A stretch of 64,000 bases of DNA. Origin: Candidatus Marinacidobacterales bacterium (GTDB lineage: Bacteria > Acidobacteriota > Vicinamibacteria > Marinacidobacterales > SMYC01). A program made the position numbers and the translations under genes. The stretch lies in the NCBI GenBank assembly GCA_965224085.1, contig CBDCYI010000004.1:1568001-1632000 (forward strand), in the 5' to 3' direction. The notes below the pieces were generated by a model, which was not told the DNA's origin, did not search any database, and was given only the letters and a program-made list of their open reading frames with translations. Numbering within the stretch: position 1 is the stretch's first letter; the number at the start of each line of letters is the position of its first letter. Positions 60,897 through 64,000 of this stretch are shown in pieces.

Positions 60897-61369
60897 TGCT
60901 TTTACCGCTTTTCGAATGGTTCGAGTTTACGACGGTGGGCGAGATCATTCGCAACTCTACGTGGCTTTTTCCCTTCATCGAGGCGTTTCACCTCGTCGCC
61001 TTCGGCGTTCTCGGAGGCGCTGTGCTCCTCGTAGACTTCCGCCTGATAGGGCTAGCGTTTCGAGCGCAACCCGTCGCTCACGTCGCACAGGAGATGACAC
61101 CGTGGCTGCGGCGAAGCCTGGCGGTAGCTGTCGTCTCCGGGAGCTTGCTCTTCGTCTCCGAATCCGTGAAGTGCTATTACAGCGAGGCGTTCTGGATCAA
61201 GATCACGGGTCTCTTCTTCGCGCTCATCTTCACCTTTACGATTCGCCGCAAAGTGACGATGGCGGAGGCCGGGAGCATCGGCCCCATCTGGAACCGGCTC
61301 GTCGGGCTCGTGTCGATCGGTCTCTGGGCGACCGTCGCTTGGGGCGGACGCTGGATCGGTTTTTCCTAG
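60896..61369 (+). CDS. DUF6644-like membrane protein (paralog)
   Basis: WLFPFIEAFH, DFRLIG, FWIK, GRWIGF. Confidence 0.8.
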   Translation: MLLPLFEWFEFTTVGEIIRNSTWLFPFIEAFHLVAFGVLGGAVLLVDFRLIGLAFRAQPVAHVAQEMTPWLRRSLAVAVVSGSLLFVSESVKCYYSEAFWIKITGLFFALIFTFTIRRKVTMAEAGSIGPIWNRLVGLVSIGLWATVAWGGRWIGFS

Positions 61370-61823
61370 CGGTTTTTGGGCTTTTTCTTCCGCGACGGCT
61401 CCGTTGGGTCGGCGCCGTCTCGCGGTGCGCCCGTGCCCGACGAGCCCAGGAAGAGCTTCCGCCCGTCCGGGAACGTCACGTTGCGCCCGTTGGCCCGATG
61501 AGAGCGATCCTTGCTTTGATAGCCGTCGACGATGATCACCGTGCCCGGCTTTAGCGAGTCCTTTGTGACGCCGCGTCTCAAGAGCGTGTTGGGCGTGCCG
61601 CCTTCGACCATCCACGACTCCGTCGTGCCGTCTTCGTTCTCAACGTTATATGGGTGCTGAGGTCGTAATGAGCCTCGTTGAGCGCCTGCCAAATTCCGTT
61701 CAAATCGGGATGTCCGTCCGTGGCGCGGGGCGAGGCGTAGTCGGGTCGGTCCTGTCCCGTTTCAGGCGCGGCGGGAGCACTCGCGGCGAGGGCGGCCAAG
61801 GCAACCCTGATCAACAAAGGCAT
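61366..61823 (-). pseudogene. Deletion chimera: secreted protein N-terminus joined out of frame to a DUF6152-like C-terminus
   Basis: PRATDGHPDLNGIWQ (about 61823-61660) then WMVEGGTPNTLLRRG...LKPG...FPDGRKL (about 61645-61366). Confidence 0.6.
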
Positions 61824-61927
61824 CGGTCCTCCTGAATCGCTGTGATTCGGAAGTCGGCTACTCTGGCATCAGAGCGGCCGGGGGTCAAGGTGCTCCGTTT
61901 GTCGGCCGCGCTAGGCTAGACTGAAGC

Positions 61928-62203
61928 ATGGCTCAGTTGGTGTTGGTTGCGGCCTTCGTAGCCTTTGTCGTCTGGCTCTTTTCGACATCATTCATTTTTC
62001 GAATCGAGTTCAAAGGCGGAGACATCCGGTCGGTACGCGGCAAGGCGCCCGGGCCGCTCCGACGCGGCTTCGAAGAGGTCGCCCGTCATGCGGGCATCAC
62101 CGGTACGGTGTCGTTATATCCCGGCCGGATCTTGAAATTCTCACGCAGCGTTCCCGCGGACGATCGTCAGCGTTTTCACAACGTACTGTCCTCCCTTCCT
62201 TGA
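61928..62203 (+). CDS. Small membrane-anchored protein (DUF3634-like)
   Basis: N-terminal TM, RGKAP, LKFSRSVP, QRFHNV. Confidence 0.65.
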   Translation: MAQLVLVAAFVAFVVWLFSTSFIFRIEFKGGDIRSVRGKAPGPLRRGFEEVARHAGITGTVSLYPGRILKFSRSVPADDRQRFHNVLSSLP

Positions 62204-62354
62204 CGTCACTCCGCGCGCTCGTAGACTTCGATCACAGGGTTTACCTTCGCCATGTTCCCGAGGATGTAGCAACGACGGCTTCACCCAAGTCGTCGCGGAG
62301 ATTTCCGGCTACCCTCAAGGATCGGTAGGGGCTAGCGGAACGACGACGTGGGAG

Positions 62355-63065
62355 GTGACTCCGGCGCTCGAATCGGGGCGCTATTTCTGGCGTGCGCGCG
62401 CGACCGGAGCGCAAGGGCCAGGACCCTTTTCGCCCGTTTCGGATGTCTTCATCGGATCGAACCCGAGCCCGAGCCCGCCCGGGCCGTCGGGCCCGTCGGA
62501 GATTTCCGATCCGCTCACGAACGGGGTCTCGGTCGGCCAAGTCTCAGGTGGTAGGTTCACCGGCTCGGGCTGGCAAGTGATCCATCGCGGAAACTACATC
62601 CGATACATCGTACCGACGATTCAGAGCGGTTTCGTAGAATGGGAGAACCGCAATCTGACGCCGCTCAATCCAGAGCGCGATGCTTTTTCGCTCCTAGCCA
62701 TGTGGGATCCGTCGCGGGGCGCCTATCGCGAAAACCCGTTCCGGGTGCATATTCGTAAGCTCGACACCCAAGGCCACAACTCGCCTTATGTCCGGATGCG
62801 TTTCATTTCGAACGGCGATCAGCACGACGTGGGCTGGGATTTTCTGGACTGGAATCCGAGCCACACCTATCGCTGGCGCGTCGAGTGGGGCCCCGGTGGC
62901 GGCGGCAACCAGGCCCGGGTGTTTCTGGACGGGCGCGTCATCATGCGCACCAACTACGGCCCGAACTACTCCCCGAGAGACCACTGGATCGAGCTCGGTG
63001 TCGAAGAGCGCGCGGAGAGCATCGTGGGCGTCGTTTACCGGAACGTCCGGATCGGGCGTCGCTGA
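62355..63065 (+). CDS. Hypothetical beta-rich extracellular protein, probably N-terminally truncated
   Basis: YFWRARA (Fn3/Ig-like end), Pro-rich linker, lectin-like beta domain; no signal peptide visible. Confidence 0.55.
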   Translation: MTPALESGRYFWRARATGAQGPGPFSPVSDVFIGSNPSPSPPGPSGPSEISDPLTNGVSVGQVSGGRFTGSGWQVIHRGNYIRYIVPTIQSGFVEWENRNLTPLNPERDAFSLLAMWDPSRGAYRENPFRVHIRKLDTQGHNSPYVRMRFISNGDQHDVGWDFLDWNPSHTYRWRVEWGPGGGGNQARVFLDGRVIMRTNYGPNYSPRDHWIELGVEERAESIVGVVYRNVRIGRR

Positions 63066-63068
63066 TCT

Positions 63069-64000
63069 TCAGGGCGAGACTTCGTTCCGCTTCTCGAGGT
63101 CGATGTGGCGGACCGAGTCGCCCCAAGCAGCAGGCGCTGTGATCACGAAAGCCGTATCGGGAAGATCGCGGTTGATCATGATGCCGTGGGATCTCACGTT
63201 CACGACGAGCGCGTAGTCGTCGTAAGGACGCTCGATGCGGACGCGAGAGGCGAATCGGTGGCCGTCGTCGCCTCGAGGCGGCAAGTAATCTGCGTAATCG
63301 ATATCAGCGACGAGGCGCCCGTCCGCGTCGTAGACCTGCTGGCGTTTCACCAGGAGCTCTGAGGAGCGGTCGAACCAATAGCGAGCTCGCGGCGCGTTCT
63401 CACCCAGGCGGACGGCCGTGACCACGTAATAGCTCTTCTTGACTTGGCTGTTCTTCTTGGCCCCAGGGCGGCGATCTGCCTCGACGACGTGCTCTTCTTG
63501 AAGGAATGCGACCGTGTAGGGATCGTTGATGGGGATGGGGGAGAGAAGGAACGCATCTGTGAAGTGCTGTGGCCGGATGTTGACGATAGGGCCCGCTTTC
63601 TTGAGCTCCGGGTCCTGGTTGAGCTTTTTGACCTCTTCGCCATAGCTCGCATCGTTGTGTCCCTCGATCAGAGCCCGGTAGTCGGGGTGATAGATCAAGA
63701 GCTGGAAACGCTCGCCGTCCGACGCCATCTCCGCGATATTGGCGCTCAGGATCGGGGCCTCGATGTTCAGCCGGATACGGCTCGGCCGCTCTAGAAGGAG
63801 GCGCCCCTGTGCGGTGCGGTATTGACGGCCTTCGCCCTCCTCCGCCTTTTCTACTGTCTCGAACTGCAAATCGACCCGGAGCACGAGCGAGTCGATCTTG
63901 CGCCACTCGTTGATGTGCGCGACGAGCTGGTCGAGCGTCGCGTTCTCCGTCGGCGCCAAGAACGGCACGACGTCGACCGTGCGCGAGACGCACCCGCTTA
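63069..64000 (-). CDS. Putative LolA/DUF4292-like lipoprotein (start beyond window)
   Basis: Frame is open to the window end (…SGCVSRT); GRLLLERPSRIRL, MASDGERF, NIRPQHFTDA. Confidence 0.6.
   Translation of the reverse strand, partial: SGCVSRTVDVVPFLAPTENATLDQLVAHINEWRKIDSLVLRVDLQFETVEKAEEGEGRQYRTAQGRLLLERPSRIRLNIEAPILSANIAEMASDGERFQLLIYHPDYRALIEGHNDASYGEEVKKLNQDPELKKAGPIVNIRPQHFTDAFLLSPIPINDPYTVAFLQEEHVVEADRRPGAKKNSQVKKSYYVVTAVRLGENAPRARYWFDRSSELLVKRQQVYDADGRLVADIDYADYLPPRGDDGHRFASRVRIERPYDDYALVVNVRSHGIMINRDLPDTAFVITAPAAWGDSVRHIDLEKRNEVSP

Overview
High-GC bacterial chromosome segment. The gene content (DUF6644/DUF6152-like genes, dnaX-ybaB-recR-mglB synteny, PEP-CTERM) is most consistent with an Acidobacteria-like organism; this is inference. 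Backbone genes: a LigD fragment, vapBC, a FAD/Fe-S oxidoreductase, a TRAP transporter, glnA, recR/ybaB/dnaX/ffs, a TetR-TolC-MFP-RND efflux operon, a radical SAM/SPASM enzyme, mazEF, PaaK/LivF/SBP, an archaeal-like homocitrate-to-2-oxoadipate operon, sixA, glgP and thiI. These surround a heavily rearranged mobile zone at about 7.7-27.2 kb whose history can be reconstructed from the sequence. A tyrosine-integrase island integrated into the 5' half of tRNA-Sec. It was split inside its integrase and inverted by an IS6 element. An IS6 translocatable unit carrying a HemN-like radical SAM gene plus a thioesterase then integrated into one IS6 copy. Two IS6 copies carry a structured, CT-flanked 66-bp insertion inside their left inverted repeat. 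Other points of interest: a group II intron with its RT deleted, an IS5 that truncates mglB, an ISNCY at the tetR stop codon, a radical SAM with a CX3CX10C motif, and many leaderless-type promoters. No CRISPR array or rRNA was seen. All family assignments are from motif recognition, not database searches.
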